A stretch of DNA of 64,000 nucleotides, taken from positions 119,777 to 183,776 of the forward strand of contig MHHQ01000025.1 of the NCBI GenBank assembly GCA_001817065.1, read 5' to 3'. Position numbers and translations under genes: made by a program. Of the stretch, positions 35,174 to 44,718 are shown piece after piece (position 1 is the stretch's first letter; the number at the start of each line of letters is the position of its first letter). Below the pieces are notes generated by a model. The model was not told where the DNA came from and searched no databases. It saw only the letters and a list, made by a program, of their open reading frames with translations. Source of the DNA: Candidatus Andersenbacteria bacterium RIFCSPHIGHO2_02_FULL_46_16. Its GTDB lineage: Bacteria > Patescibacteriota > Andersenbacteria > UBA10190.

Positions 35174-37849
35174 TTATCTCTTACGCCGGTAGTAAGTCAT
35201 AGTGTTTGATCCGTTCTCTATACCTTTAACGGCCTGCCAATTCCTGGCTAACCCCGCCTCAATTTCCTCATATTCCATCAAAAACGAGAATCCTGTTTGC
35301 TGCTCTAGTAATAACCATTCAGCATCGCGGTATGCTTGCAGCATTTCTTCTACCGTCGGCAAAAATGCATTCAGCCTGGCCGTATCTGTACGCGTAAATC
35401 CGTACGCATACCAACGCGGATGAGCGATATCGAGCGATACCTCATGTCCTGATAAAAATGGTATAGCCGCTGCACCAGTAAATATCGGCTCATCTATTGG
35501 TATATTCTGTTTTGCCCAATTTGCCGCCTCTTGTAGAGATGTCAGCTGGAATGTTCCCGTATGTTCATGCACGTAAGTTACATAATTCGCCACAAATAAT
35601 GACCATCCCAGTACCCCGATAAATCCCAGTGCTAATGTCCTCTGGCTTACTTTATTAACTATTGCACTATGGCTGCCTTGTCCTTGTGTTAATCTTCGCC
35701 ATCCTTCCGGTATTGCTAAACCTGCGATAATCACCAACGGCGGCAGAAACTCGCCGATATAATTAGCATGAAATTTTATCCAGTTATGATAGAAAAAGAC
35801 TAGTCCAACCACCCATACGAATGGCAATAACCAGCCCAGGAGATTCCAGCGTCCCTCTGATTTTAGCTGGTTACCAAGCCTATCGATCTTCCCCGCCGCC
35901 AATCCGTCCGCCAGGGTACCTCGATATTCTAATAATTCTTCCTTGCCCAACCTCTCCGTGTCATCTTTATTATTTCTTATTTTTTCATTTTTATTCTCTC
36001 TAACTCCAGACGGCCAGGCAGCCATAAATACAATTACTAATAACATCGCCCACCATAAGCGATACATGCCGAACACCATTATGCTGCTGCCTTCATACTC
36101 TTGAAAAAACGACCACGCCCAGCTATATACCATTACCGGTATAATCCAGAATAGTTTTTGCACGACGTTCTGTCGCCAGCCTAATCCACCCTGCCACCAT
36201 TCCATTTGACCAACTAGAGAACTTGCCAATCGCTCTCCCGCGAAACCCAAACCTAGCACAGCTAACATGATTAAAGGCAGGGACTCCCGGAAAAATGGCG
36301 TCATTCCTCGTATCGAATAGGCTCGCACTTGTTCCCGTTCGGATTCTTCTACGGCGGTAATACTATCCTCCACTGAATTAAATCCAGTTGCTTCCCATAA
36401 CCCAGCCTGACCATAAATTAACATTGCAACGCCTAAAAAAACTGCTAATACGATCACAAACCCCGCACCGACTAATAATAAACTCTGGATTTTTTGTCGT
36501 CCCGTCTTACTGCCAATCAATATTACCAATAATGGCACTAAACCTGTGGCTAGAATGCTTTTGCGCGATACCACCCCTAATCCCAACAATGCCCCCGCCG
36601 CTATTAACCACGCCTTGCCTGTTACCCTGTATTTTCTTTCCATACTCACCTGGCTCACGTACATATCCCTAGTTCCCAGCAGCAAAGCAGCTATTCCAGA
36701 CACGGCAAAGAAAATCGCTAGCGACTGTGTATGCACGTATATATTAAACACTACCGTTACACCCAGCAGCGCCCAGGTCGTAGCAACCGATAGTCCGACT
36801 TTTTTACTCCATAATTCTCGGCCAATAATATACATCGGCCACATCGTCATTGCGCCAATCACCACCGACGACAAGCGTCCCACAAAAATTGATGTGCCGC
36901 CCAACCATTCCCATAGCGCAATCCACAAAACTACTAACGGTGCTTTAACATACCCATCTCCGCCCGCCAATTTACCTTTAAGCAGCGTAGCCGCATCGTA
37001 TAAATAATTTCCCTCATCATTAGTCAGCGGCAGCTCCATCGCATATAAAATTCTAGCGACTAGTGCCAGCACAAACAATGTCACCAACCATCTCGCCACC
37101 TGCCAACGCGATTTAGCGCTTACCGCTTTACTCTTAATGCCTACGGTCACTGCCAAACAAATCCCCACCAGGAGCAGGGACTGCATAGCCACCCGTCCCC
37201 ACAAACCATAAGTCGCCCTGGCTTCATACCAGGTCTCTCTAAAATACTGCACTGCCCGCCAGCCTTCACTTCCCCATGCCACATACAATGGCACCTTATA
37301 TGCTGTGCCAAAAGCTAGGTCCATTTTCACTTTACCTCCTCTGGCCAGCTCTGTATCAGATATTTCCCCTGTCATTCCCCGCCAAATATAAGCGGAGCCG
37401 CGATGATAAGGATCCCTGTTATCAACGTCCACTGTCACCGCTTTTCCAGGCATCCCGTCTGGTAATTCTAGTAAAACAATAAATGTTATATCCTTGGCTT
37501 GCTCCACCGGATCAAAATTAAACTGGTACATTTGATTATCTCCAAGCTCTCTAGTACTTACCTCCACTTCACGTAAAATTTCTGACAGCTTATCCAACCG
37601 ACGCAAAGTAAACTTTACTTGTCCGGTATTCCCCCGCCCAGAATAAGTAGCGAACATTACCAAGACACTGGATAAATTATCACGCTCGCCCACAAAAGTT
37701 TGCCCCACCACCACTCCACCCAACATTTCCCCCGCATTCGCGGTATATCTCTCCGCCTGATATCCTTCTAATTCCGTAGTACCCAGCCATACCACCATCC
37801 CCAGCACCGCCAGCACACCGATCATCAGGCTGATGAAACCAATTTTCAT
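35174..37849 (-). CDS. ArnT/PMT-family (GT-C) glycosyltransferase with N-terminal beta domain
   Basis: NDEGNY, KAPL, GRLSSV, multi-TM core; N-terminal VGQTF...ATYSGR domain. Confidence 0.8.
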   Translation of the reverse strand: MKIGFISLMIGVLAVLGMVVWLGTTELEGYQAERYTANAGEMLGGVVVGQTFVGERDNLSSVLVMFATYSGRGNTGQVKFTLRRLDKLSEILREVEVSTRELGDNQMYQFNFDPVEQAKDITFIVLLELPDGMPGKAVTVDVDNRDPYHRGSAYIWRGMTGEISDTELARGGKVKMDLAFGTAYKVPLYVAWGSEGWRAVQYFRETWYEARATYGLWGRVAMQSLLLVGICLAVTVGIKSKAVSAKSRWQVARWLVTLFVLALVARILYAMELPLTNDEGNYLYDAATLLKGKLAGGDGYVKAPLVVLWIALWEWLGGTSIFVGRLSSVVIGAMTMWPMYIIGRELWSKKVGLSVATTWALLGVTVVFNIYVHTQSLAIFFAVSGIAALLLGTRDMYVSQVSMERKYRVTGKAWLIAAGALLGLGVVSRKSILATGLVPLLVILIGSKTGRQKIQSLLLVGAGFVIVLAVFLGVAMLIYGQAGLWEATGFNSVEDSITAVEESEREQVRAYSIRGMTPFFRESLPLIMLAVLGLGFAGERLASSLVGQMEWWQGGLGWRQNVVQKLFWIIPVMVYSWAWSFFQEYEGSSIMVFGMYRLWWAMLLVIVFMAAWPSGVRENKNEKIRNNKDDTERLGKEELLEYRGTLADGLAAGKIDRLGNQLKSEGRWNLLGWLLPFVWVVGLVFFYHNWIKFHANYIGEFLPPLVIIAGLAIPEGWRRLTQGQGSHSAIVNKVSQRTLALGFIGVLGWSLFVANYVTYVHEHTGTFQLTSLQEAANWAKQNIPIDEPIFTGAAAIPFLSGHEVSLDIAHPRWYAYGFTRTDTARLNAFLPTVEEMLQAYRDAEWLLLEQQTGFSFLMEYEEIEAGLARNWQAVKGIENGSNTMTYYRRKR

Positions 37850-37893
37850 AATAATTATTATACTATGTTCTGCCCCCAGTAGACTCTTTCATT

Positions 37894-38880
37894 CTACCAA
37901 TATTCGTTCTTATTCTGCCGATAAAAAGCTACTGTTCGTCTTAACCCTTCTTCCAGAGATACCCCCGGTTCCCAATGAGTCACCTGTTTGATTTTAGCAG
38001 TATCGGCCACATAATCACCCGTTTCATTTTTTTCATAATCCTCCGGCCATGGCACAGACTCTTTTTCTCCCTGACCCACCGCCTCAATTACCGCATCTAC
38101 CATCTCCGTAAAAGTAATTCCCCGACCGCTGCCGATGTTATATGCCTCACCATCTTGGCCTGCTACTATTAGTCGCATCATCGCCTCAACAATATCATCA
38201 ATATAAATGTAATCTCTTAGCTGATTGCCATCACCGTAAATCTGAATCTTCTTTCCTTCCATCGCTTGCCGGATGAACCATCCGACAATCGCATATTTGC
38301 TGTGTTTCATTTGCTGTCTCGGTCCGTATGGATTAGGTATCCGCAGCGACATGCCATGCACCCCGAAGTTATGCGCGTAATAAGCGTAATATTTTTCCCC
38401 TAATAATTTGTGAATTCCATACAACGACAATGGTTGCGTCTCATGACTTTCTTTAACCGGCACTTCCTTAATTTTTCCGTATACCATGCGCGATGAAGAA
38501 AATAAGATTCGCGCTCCAGGGGCTTGCTCTTTGACTGCCTCCAGTACAATCAAATTTCCCCGCCCATTAAAGTCCAAATCAACAAAAGGTTTTTCCTTGG
38601 CATCTAAATAACCCACCTGACCTGCTAAATGAAAAATAAAGTCCTTTCCTCGCACTGTTTCAGTCACTGTCTCCTCGTCCGTAATATTGCCGTTCACTAA
38701 TTCAACCCGATCTTCGATCTCTTTGATATTAAATTTATTGCCTCCGTAGGGTGTCAGTAATGCATCTAATATACTCACCCGCGCTCCTACCTCCACCAGC
38801 CGATGTGTTAATGTACTGCCTATAAACCCCAAGCCGCCCGTGACAAGAACTTTCTTACCACCAAAATCTCTTTTAAACAT
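37894..38880 (-). CDS. NAD-dependent epimerase/dehydratase
   Basis: TGGLGFIG, YGIHK, NPYGPRQ, GDGNQLRDYIYIDD. Confidence 0.9.
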   Translation of the reverse strand: MFKRDFGGKKVLVTGGLGFIGSTLTHRLVEVGARVSILDALLTPYGGNKFNIKEIEDRVELVNGNITDEETVTETVRGKDFIFHLAGQVGYLDAKEKPFVDLDFNGRGNLIVLEAVKEQAPGARILFSSSRMVYGKIKEVPVKESHETQPLSLYGIHKLLGEKYYAYYAHNFGVHGMSLRIPNPYGPRQQMKHSKYAIVGWFIRQAMEGKKIQIYGDGNQLRDYIYIDDIVEAMMRLIVAGQDGEAYNIGSGRGITFTEMVDAVIEAVGQGEKESVPWPEDYEKNETGDYVADTAKIKQVTHWEPGVSLEEGLRRTVAFYRQNKNEYW

Positions 38881-38935
38881 GCTCTAAGAGTAAAACTTCG
38901 CCCCTGCTTTTACAATCAGAGGTGTTGCTAAATTT

Positions 38936-40087
38936 TCATTGCTTTAAGCCCTTGTCATATTTCAAATACAGCTCATTATACTGTCGCATAATCTCTGCCC
39001 AATTGTATTGCTTGGCCATTTCCCTGCTCCTCTGGCCCATCTCGCTGCGCAAATTCTCATCATCGATCAATTGAACTAGGTCATTCGCTAATTTACTGCT
39101 ATCGTCCCCCCTGATTAAATAACCGTTCCAGCCATCACTTACCAACTCATTATTTCCTCCCACATCACTGGCCACTACCGGTAAACCACAACCCATCGCC
39201 TCCAGAATGACTGATGGCATCCCTTCTGACAACGAGGTCAACACAAATATATCTGCTTGCTGATAGGATTTTTCCAGTTCGTCATATGGCACAGTTCCGA
39301 CATACTTTATTTGCTCAGCTACCCCTAATGCCTGAGCGACATCATCCAACTTTTTACGATGCTCACCGCTGCCCACCACCTCAACCTCGAACGCCTCATG
39401 TACTTTCTTTTGCACTTCCGGTAAAGATCGGATCACCCTTTCAAAACCTTTACGCGGGATTAAACGGCCTATGAATAATACTTTTACCTTTTTGTTTCTA
39501 GGCCGCTCTACGGGCTTAAACCGATCCCATTCAACCCCATTTGGGATAACCACGAACTCGCTCGTGGGATCCACTATCTTACCTAGCCTTGCTAACTCTT
39601 CCGAACAAACCGTTCTAAACTTTGCCCTTTGCCAAATTGCTCGGAGCAGCGGCGTTATCAAGGGATAAATCCTTTTATACCGCGACAAATTAGCGCCGGG
39701 TAAATCAGACCCGCCGAAATAGACGGCGTACGGTATGCCTCGCACCATGTTCAGCATCCAGGCCACCCAGCCAGCCGGTACAGCAAAATATGCTTGGACA
39801 AAATCAACCCGGTGACGACCAGTAAAAATTAAACTGTATATCAGTGCAGACAAACCAAACGTCACCAGCTCCCATTGCGCACAAAAATCCTTATAACGCC
39901 TGATGGCCGGTATGCGAATTACGAGCGCCCCTTCCACCTGCTCCCGTTTCGGTAAATCGCGATACTGCGAAGTAATTAATGTCACCTCGTGGCCCGCCTG
40001 CACCAAATATCTTATCGCGTATTTAGTGACTGTAGACCCACCCCCGCCGATCGGCGGAAATTCATTGTTTATCAGCAGCAGTTTCAT
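38936..40087 (-). CDS. GT4 glycosyltransferase
   Basis: EFPPIGGG, IPNGV, GRL--RKG, EGMPSVILEAM--GLPVV. Confidence 0.92.
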   Translation of the reverse strand: MKLLLINNEFPPIGGGGSTVTKYAIRYLVQAGHEVTLITSQYRDLPKREQVEGALVIRIPAIRRYKDFCAQWELVTFGLSALIYSLIFTGRHRVDFVQAYFAVPAGWVAWMLNMVRGIPYAVYFGGSDLPGANLSRYKRIYPLITPLLRAIWQRAKFRTVCSEELARLGKIVDPTSEFVVIPNGVEWDRFKPVERPRNKKVKVLFIGRLIPRKGFERVIRSLPEVQKKVHEAFEVEVVGSGEHRKKLDDVAQALGVAEQIKYVGTVPYDELEKSYQQADIFVLTSLSEGMPSVILEAMGCGLPVVASDVGGNNELVSDGWNGYLIRGDDSSKLANDLVQLIDDENLRSEMGQRSREMAKQYNWAEIMRQYNELYLKYDKGLKQ

Positions 40088-40173
40088 GCCTAGTTGCTAC
40101 AATTATTCTAAAACAAACCATAAATATTTCTGCTATTCAAAACATGTTTGCTTTATAATCACTCCCCAGAATG

Positions 40174-41118
40174 CTATATTTTATCCCACCCTATTGTCTC
40201 CTTTATACTGTAAGCTTTCTTCTGCGCATAATACGTTTTGGCCACCACGTCAGCCAGCACACCAGTCAATAAAAACTGAAAACCTAGTAGCACGAGCAAC
40301 ACCGCTAACAACGGCAAGGAGCTATTTGCAAAACCGGTAATCTTCAGTAACCAGATGATTAATATTGAACTGCCCAATATAAAACCAGCGAAGATAAAGC
40401 CTATCCCGATTGCCCCGAAAAAATGCATCGGCCGCGCTGCGTACTGCACCCAGAATTTAACCACGATTAAATCAAGAAATCCTTTCAACTTCTTCTTCAC
40501 CGAGTAATTTGTTCGACCATGTTCCCTCGGATAATGGTTAACCTCTAATTCTCCAACCCTAAATCCTTTCCAAGACAGTAACGCTGTTATATAACGATGC
40601 ATCTCACCATACAACTCTAGGTCTATCAGCACCTCCCGCCGATATATTTTCAAGCTGCATCCATGATCATGGATTTTTTCGGCCGTCATCCATCGGTGCA
40701 CCACGTTGCCAATTTTGCTCAGCAACACCATACCGCCATTATCCTGACGATGCCGGCGCCAGCCTGATACCACATCTAAATCCTTGCCAAGCAGATGCTT
40801 CATCATCGCTGGGATATCCTTAGGATCATTCTGTAAATCAGCATCCATCACAATGACAAATTCGCCCTGGACACGATCAAATCCAGCCGACCACGCTGCT
40901 GTCTGTCCAAAGTTTCGTCTGAATTCAATCATCTTTACACACTGGTCCTTCTGCACGAGCTCCCTCATTATTTTATTAGTATCGTCATCGCTGCCGTCAT
41001 CAATAAAGATGATCTCCCACCCGCCATCCATCTGATCCATGACTTCTTTAGTCGCTTGATACAACGACCGCAAATTATCCTGTTCGTTATGGGCAGGAAT
41101 CACTAATGAATATTTCAT
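40174..41118 (-). CDS. GT2 polyprenol-phosphate glycosyltransferase (ArnC/GtrB-like)
   Basis: VIPAHNE, DDGSDD, RNFGQTAA, DADLQNDP, GEMHRY, two C-terminal TM helices; probable start MKYS at 41118. Confidence 0.9.
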   Translation of the reverse strand: MKYSLVIPAHNEQDNLRSLYQATKEVMDQMDGGWEIIFIDDGSDDDTNKIMRELVQKDQCVKMIEFRRNFGQTAAWSAGFDRVQGEFVIVMDADLQNDPKDIPAMMKHLLGKDLDVVSGWRRHRQDNGGMVLLSKIGNVVHRWMTAEKIHDHGCSLKIYRREVLIDLELYGEMHRYITALLSWKGFRVGELEVNHYPREHGRTNYSVKKKLKGFLDLIVVKFWVQYAARPMHFFGAIGIGFIFAGFILGSSILIIWLLKITGFANSSLPLLAVLLVLLGFQFLLTGVLADVVAKTYYAQKKAYSIKETIGWDKI

Positions 41119-41202
41119 ATTATCTGCAGTATACACTACTAAAAATAGATTAAGGACACACTGTAAACCTTATTAATAGCCATGTCAAGCCATAGTCTTG
41201 TG

Positions 41203-41334
41203 CAGGGCAATCGCATTGAATTGAGGGCTCAAATAGGGCTGCGAAAGCAAAGGGGTGATTTTCGTCCTGCTCAGAAAATAAGCAAACTTGCTCCGATTGG
41301 TCCCTAAGCCATTAATTGCAGTGCGATTGCCCTG
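41203..41334. mobile_element. 132-bp MITE with 10-bp target duplication (IS4-like)
   Basis: TIR CAGGGCAATCGCATTG / CAGTGCGATTGCCCTG (15/16); TAGTCTTGTG duplicated at 41193-41202 and 41335-41344. Confidence 0.85.
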
Positions 41335-41383
41335 TAGTCTTGTGAGATCGTACGTTCATACTTATTTACAATTTTACGTAATA

Positions 41384-41586
41384 TAAAAACATCACATCAT
41401 GAAATGTCACTGCAGAATAAGCGGGTGGCGGCGCGGGGGTCCCCCACCGAGCGCCAGCAGCCCTGAGCTTGTCGAAGGGCGATGCCGTCGGGTGGGGGAG
41501 CAGCGCCGACAGGCCTGCCAGCCGCAGCCATAGCGAAGGCTGGACCCGTTTTTTGTCTGGTGACTTTTCATGATGTGACACCTATA
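41384..41586. mobile_element. Family A element, copy 3 (203 bp)
   Basis: Same orientation as copy 1; core is the exact reverse complement of the copy 4 core. Confidence 0.88.
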
Positions 41587-41605
41587 GTAATAGTAATTAT
41601 TGCTT

Positions 41606-41642
41606 AAAAAAAACTCCTCGTAGAATTAAATCTATTAAGGAG
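41606..41642 (-). terminator. Rho-independent terminator of alpha-CTD gene
   Basis: Minus strand CTCCT...AGGAG stem followed by T8. Confidence 0.65.
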
Positions 41643-41686
41643 CACAATGCGCCCTGAAAAAAATTCGTGACCAACAACATCTTGTA

Positions 41687-41950
41687 CTATTTGGGTTCCT
41701 TTCCATCCCGGTAAATGGACATTTTCCCTAATGCTGCAAAAAGCTCGCCTTTCATTTCTGGCCCAAATCCCTTTGTCATGGTTATTACGTGTATCTTGGT
41801 ATTCAGTAAATCGCCGATCGTATAAATATGCAGTCGTTCCAATAAACCTAAGATTCTCCCCGCTAGGTATTTACTCTTAAACTGTAAATCAGTCACCGAC
41901 ATTTGCAGTAATTCCGTTAACTCCTCCTTAGTATGTCCGACTATAGCCAT
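41687..41950 (-). CDS. Stand-alone RNA polymerase alpha-subunit C-terminal-domain (alpha-CTD) protein
   Basis: LLQMSVTDL...R---LL----IYTIGDLL......TKGFG----GEL--AL aligns with the RpoA CTD pattern (L-R---CL----I--IGDLV-------L----GKKSL-EI); SD GGAG at 41958-41961. Confidence 0.7.
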   Translation of the reverse strand: MAIVGHTKEELTELLQMSVTDLQFKSKYLAGRILGLLERLHIYTIGDLLNTKIHVITMTKGFGPEMKGELFAALGKMSIYRDGKEPK

Positions 41951-42057
41951 GCTGTTTCTCCACTAATTTTGTTCGGCTGATTTAAAAAAGAACGCACTCC
42001 ACCAAACTAATACCTTACCATTAATTACTTAATATTTCTGTCACCAATCGACATCCC

Positions 42058-42930
42058 TTACAGACTAATCTTTCTTAAATAATCGCCATAGCCGCTTTTC
42101 ATTAAGGGCTTGGCCAGTTTTTTTAATTGTCTTTTACCGATAAATCCCATCCGGAAAGCTACTTCTTCAATACAGCCAACCTTCAACCCTTGTCGCTCCT
42201 CTACGGTCTGCACAAACATACCTGCCTGTAACAGGGAATGGTGCGTTCCGGAATCAAGCCAGGCTGTCCCGCGACTCAGCACAGACACTTTCAGCTTCCC
42301 GCGTTTTAAGTATTCCTTATTTACATCAGTAATCTCCAATTCGCCTCGTTGTGAAGGTTTTATCCTGCTGGCAATATTTAACACCTCATTATCGTAAAAA
42401 TATAACCCGGGCACCGCATATGAAGATTTAGGTTTCTTTGGCTTTTCCTCAATTGAGATCACATTACCTTCCTGATCAAATTCTGTAACACCATAGCGTT
42501 CCGGATCGGACACGTGATAGGCAAATACTATCCCTCCGCCGTTATCTTCAACCTGTTGCCGCGCGTTCCGCAAAATAATCGGGATATCATTGCCATAAAA
42601 AATATTATCGCCCAATATTAATGCCGCTGGCCCATCTCCAATAAATCTGCGCCCGATAACAAACGCCTGCGCCAGCCCCTCTGGTTTCGGCTGTTTGGCG
42701 TATTTGATTCTCATGCCTAACTGCGATCCGTCTCCAAATAACTTTTTATAGAACGGTAAATCGTGTGGCGTGGAAATTATTAAAACCTCCCTGATCCCAC
42801 CAAACATCAAGGTCGATAGCGGATAGTAAACCATTGGTTTATCATGCACTGGCAGCAATTGTTTGCTGACACTTATTGTTAATGGGTGCAACCTGGTCCC
42901 CGACCCACCTGCTAATATAATTCCTTTCAT
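42058..42930 (-). CDS. rfbA: Glucose-1-phosphate thymidylyltransferase
   Basis: [50 protein letters not shown]. Confidence 0.96.
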   Translation of the reverse strand: MKGIILAGGSGTRLHPLTISVSKQLLPVHDKPMVYYPLSTLMFGGIREVLIISTPHDLPFYKKLFGDGSQLGMRIKYAKQPKPEGLAQAFVIGRRFIGDGPAALILGDNIFYGNDIPIILRNARQQVEDNGGGIVFAYHVSDPERYGVTEFDQEGNVISIEEKPKKPKSSYAVPGLYFYDNEVLNIASRIKPSQRGELEITDVNKEYLKRGKLKVSVLSRGTAWLDSGTHHSLLQAGMFVQTVEERQGLKVGCIEEVAFRMGFIGKRQLKKLAKPLMKSGYGDYLRKISL

Positions 42931-42976
42931 ACGCTACTAATACACTATAACCATAAACCAGTCAAGCCTAAGACCG

Positions 42977-43111
42977 GTAACTGCTCACTGGTCGAGAAAG
43001 ACTATTGGCTAAGATAAGACGTTATAATTTTTCACTTTTAAGAAAACCTTCTTTTTCTGGCTCTAAATATGGCTTAACCTAGTAATCCACCCTTAACCTG
43101 TGAACAGTTAC
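42977..43111. mobile_element. 135-bp MITE with GTAA termini and 8-bp target duplication (IS66-like)
   Basis: GTAACTGCTCAC ... GTGAACAGTTAC; TAAGACCG duplicated at 42969-42976 and 43112-43119. Confidence 0.85.
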
Positions 43112-43253
43112 TAAGACCGCTTAAGTCAGTATTCTTAAAATATCAACCTAAACAATGCTAGCCCACACAACTGACTAAATAAAACCGTAGTAAACCAGTA
43201 AGTCTGTTAGATTAAGAGCCTTACCTGTCAAAACTCTGCGCCATTGCTCCCTT

Positions 43254-44228
43254 TTAACTATAATGGATATGTTTCATTAAGTAGTTTTTGACGTAATCAC
43301 TGATGGCTTCCTCTATAGTCATAAAGGGCTTTTGGAACCCAACACCTCGCAATTTAGTAATTTCTGCCTGCGTAAAATCCTGGTATTGGTCTTTTAACTC
43401 TTCCGGCAAATCAATGTATTTGATCTCAACCTTTCTCCCGGCAGCTTTAAACATCGCTCTCGCCACATCATTCCATGTCCTTGCCACACCGGTGCCCACA
43501 TTGAACACCCCGCAGGCTTGTTTATTATCCAAAAAATGCACGGTTGCATCCACCGCATCCTTCACATAAATAAAGTCTCTCTTTTGCTCTCCGTCACCAA
43601 ACTTTTCATTATTTGATTTATACAACTCAATCACTCCGTCTTTTTGCATTTGCTCGAACTTCTTGGCAATTACGCTGCGCATAGCACCTTTATGATATTC
43701 ATTGGGACCAAACACATTGAAATACCTGATTCCTACTACTTGGTCTAGATAACCTCCGTCTCGCGCCCAAATATCTACCAGCAACTTTGACCGGCCATAG
43801 TCATTAAGCGGCTTTAACCGATCAAACAAATCGTGATCATCACTATATCCCTCACTTCCATCACCATATGTTGCACCGCTTGATATATAAACACATCGCA
43901 CCGCTCGATCAACACACCACCGGACGACTTCCTGCGTAAAATCAATATTAATGTCCTCAAACAACGCCCAGTCTCGTTCGATTGTTGACGTAATGGCTGC
44001 CAGATGAAAAACCGCTTCAACTTTTTCTTGATCAAACAAGCCTTCCTTAAGACCCTTTCTAAAACCCGCACCGTCTATTAACTGCTCATACTTAAGCGCT
44101 GATAAATTATGTTCCTTTTCGTCATGGTCCAATTTATCGACCACCAGCAAATCTGATCTTCCTCTTTTATTCAAAGTGCCCACTAATGCACTGCCAATAA
44201 AACCTGCTCCACCCGTGATAATAATCAT
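43254..44228 (-). CDS. rfaD: ADP-L-glycero-D-manno-heptose 6-epimerase
   Basis: MIIITGGAGFIGS, SS-ATYG, PLN-YG-SK, RYFNVFGPNEYHKG-M-SV, RDFIYVKD, YQ-FTQA; probable start 44228. Confidence 0.92.
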   Translation of the reverse strand: MIIITGGAGFIGSALVGTLNKRGRSDLLVVDKLDHDEKEHNLSALKYEQLIDGAGFRKGLKEGLFDQEKVEAVFHLAAITSTIERDWALFEDINIDFTQEVVRWCVDRAVRCVYISSGATYGDGSEGYSDDHDLFDRLKPLNDYGRSKLLVDIWARDGGYLDQVVGIRYFNVFGPNEYHKGAMRSVIAKKFEQMQKDGVIELYKSNNEKFGDGEQKRDFIYVKDAVDATVHFLDNKQACGVFNVGTGVARTWNDVARAMFKAAGRKVEIKYIDLPEELKDQYQDFTQAEITKLRGVGFQKPFMTIEEAISDYVKNYLMKHIHYS

Positions 44229-44345
44229 AAATAAATATTTTGCCAATCAACACCCCAAAGCCATATTAACATATCCCTCCCTCCCGTAAATGGAGCCCCA
44301 TCCCGCCCCCTGGGTGGGCTAGCGAAATCCCGCGTAGCAGCCAAC

Positions 44346-44548
44346 TATAGACATCACATCATGAAAAGTCACCAGACAAAAAACGGGTCCAGCCTTCGCT
44401 ATGGCTGCGGCTGGCAGGCCTGTCGGCGCTGCTCCCCCACCCGACGGCATCGCCCTTCGACAAGCTCAGGGCTGCTGGCGCTCGGTGGGGGACCCCCGCG
44501 CCGCCACCCGCTTATTCTGCAGTGACATTTCATGATGTGACACCTATA
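44346..44548. mobile_element. Family A element, copy 4 (203 bp, core inverted)
   Basis: Outer ends TATAGACA / CACCTATA as in copy 1, but the 187-bp core is reversed. Confidence 0.88.
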
Positions 44549-44607
44549 TCTGCCCCACTTGCTCCACAACCCTCCTTACTCACGAAGCTTTGAATGGCAG
44601 CGCGGGG

Positions 44608-44699
44608 TTATCCCATTCCTTGTCGGCCAAAGCCTTGGCGACGGTTGATTCATCCACCCCCCCGCCACCGGCGGGGTGGTTTTCTGCGCCATGGGATAA
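44608..44699. mobile_element. 92-bp palindromic element (IS200/IS605-derived-like) with nested REP unit
   Basis: TTATCCCAT...ATGGGATAA ends; internal TTCATCCACCCCCCCGCCACCGGCGGGGTGGTTTTCT hairpin and CCAAAGCCTTGGCGACGG unit. Confidence 0.55.
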
Positions 44700-44718
44700 A
44701 AAAAGCTGGCTTTCCAGC

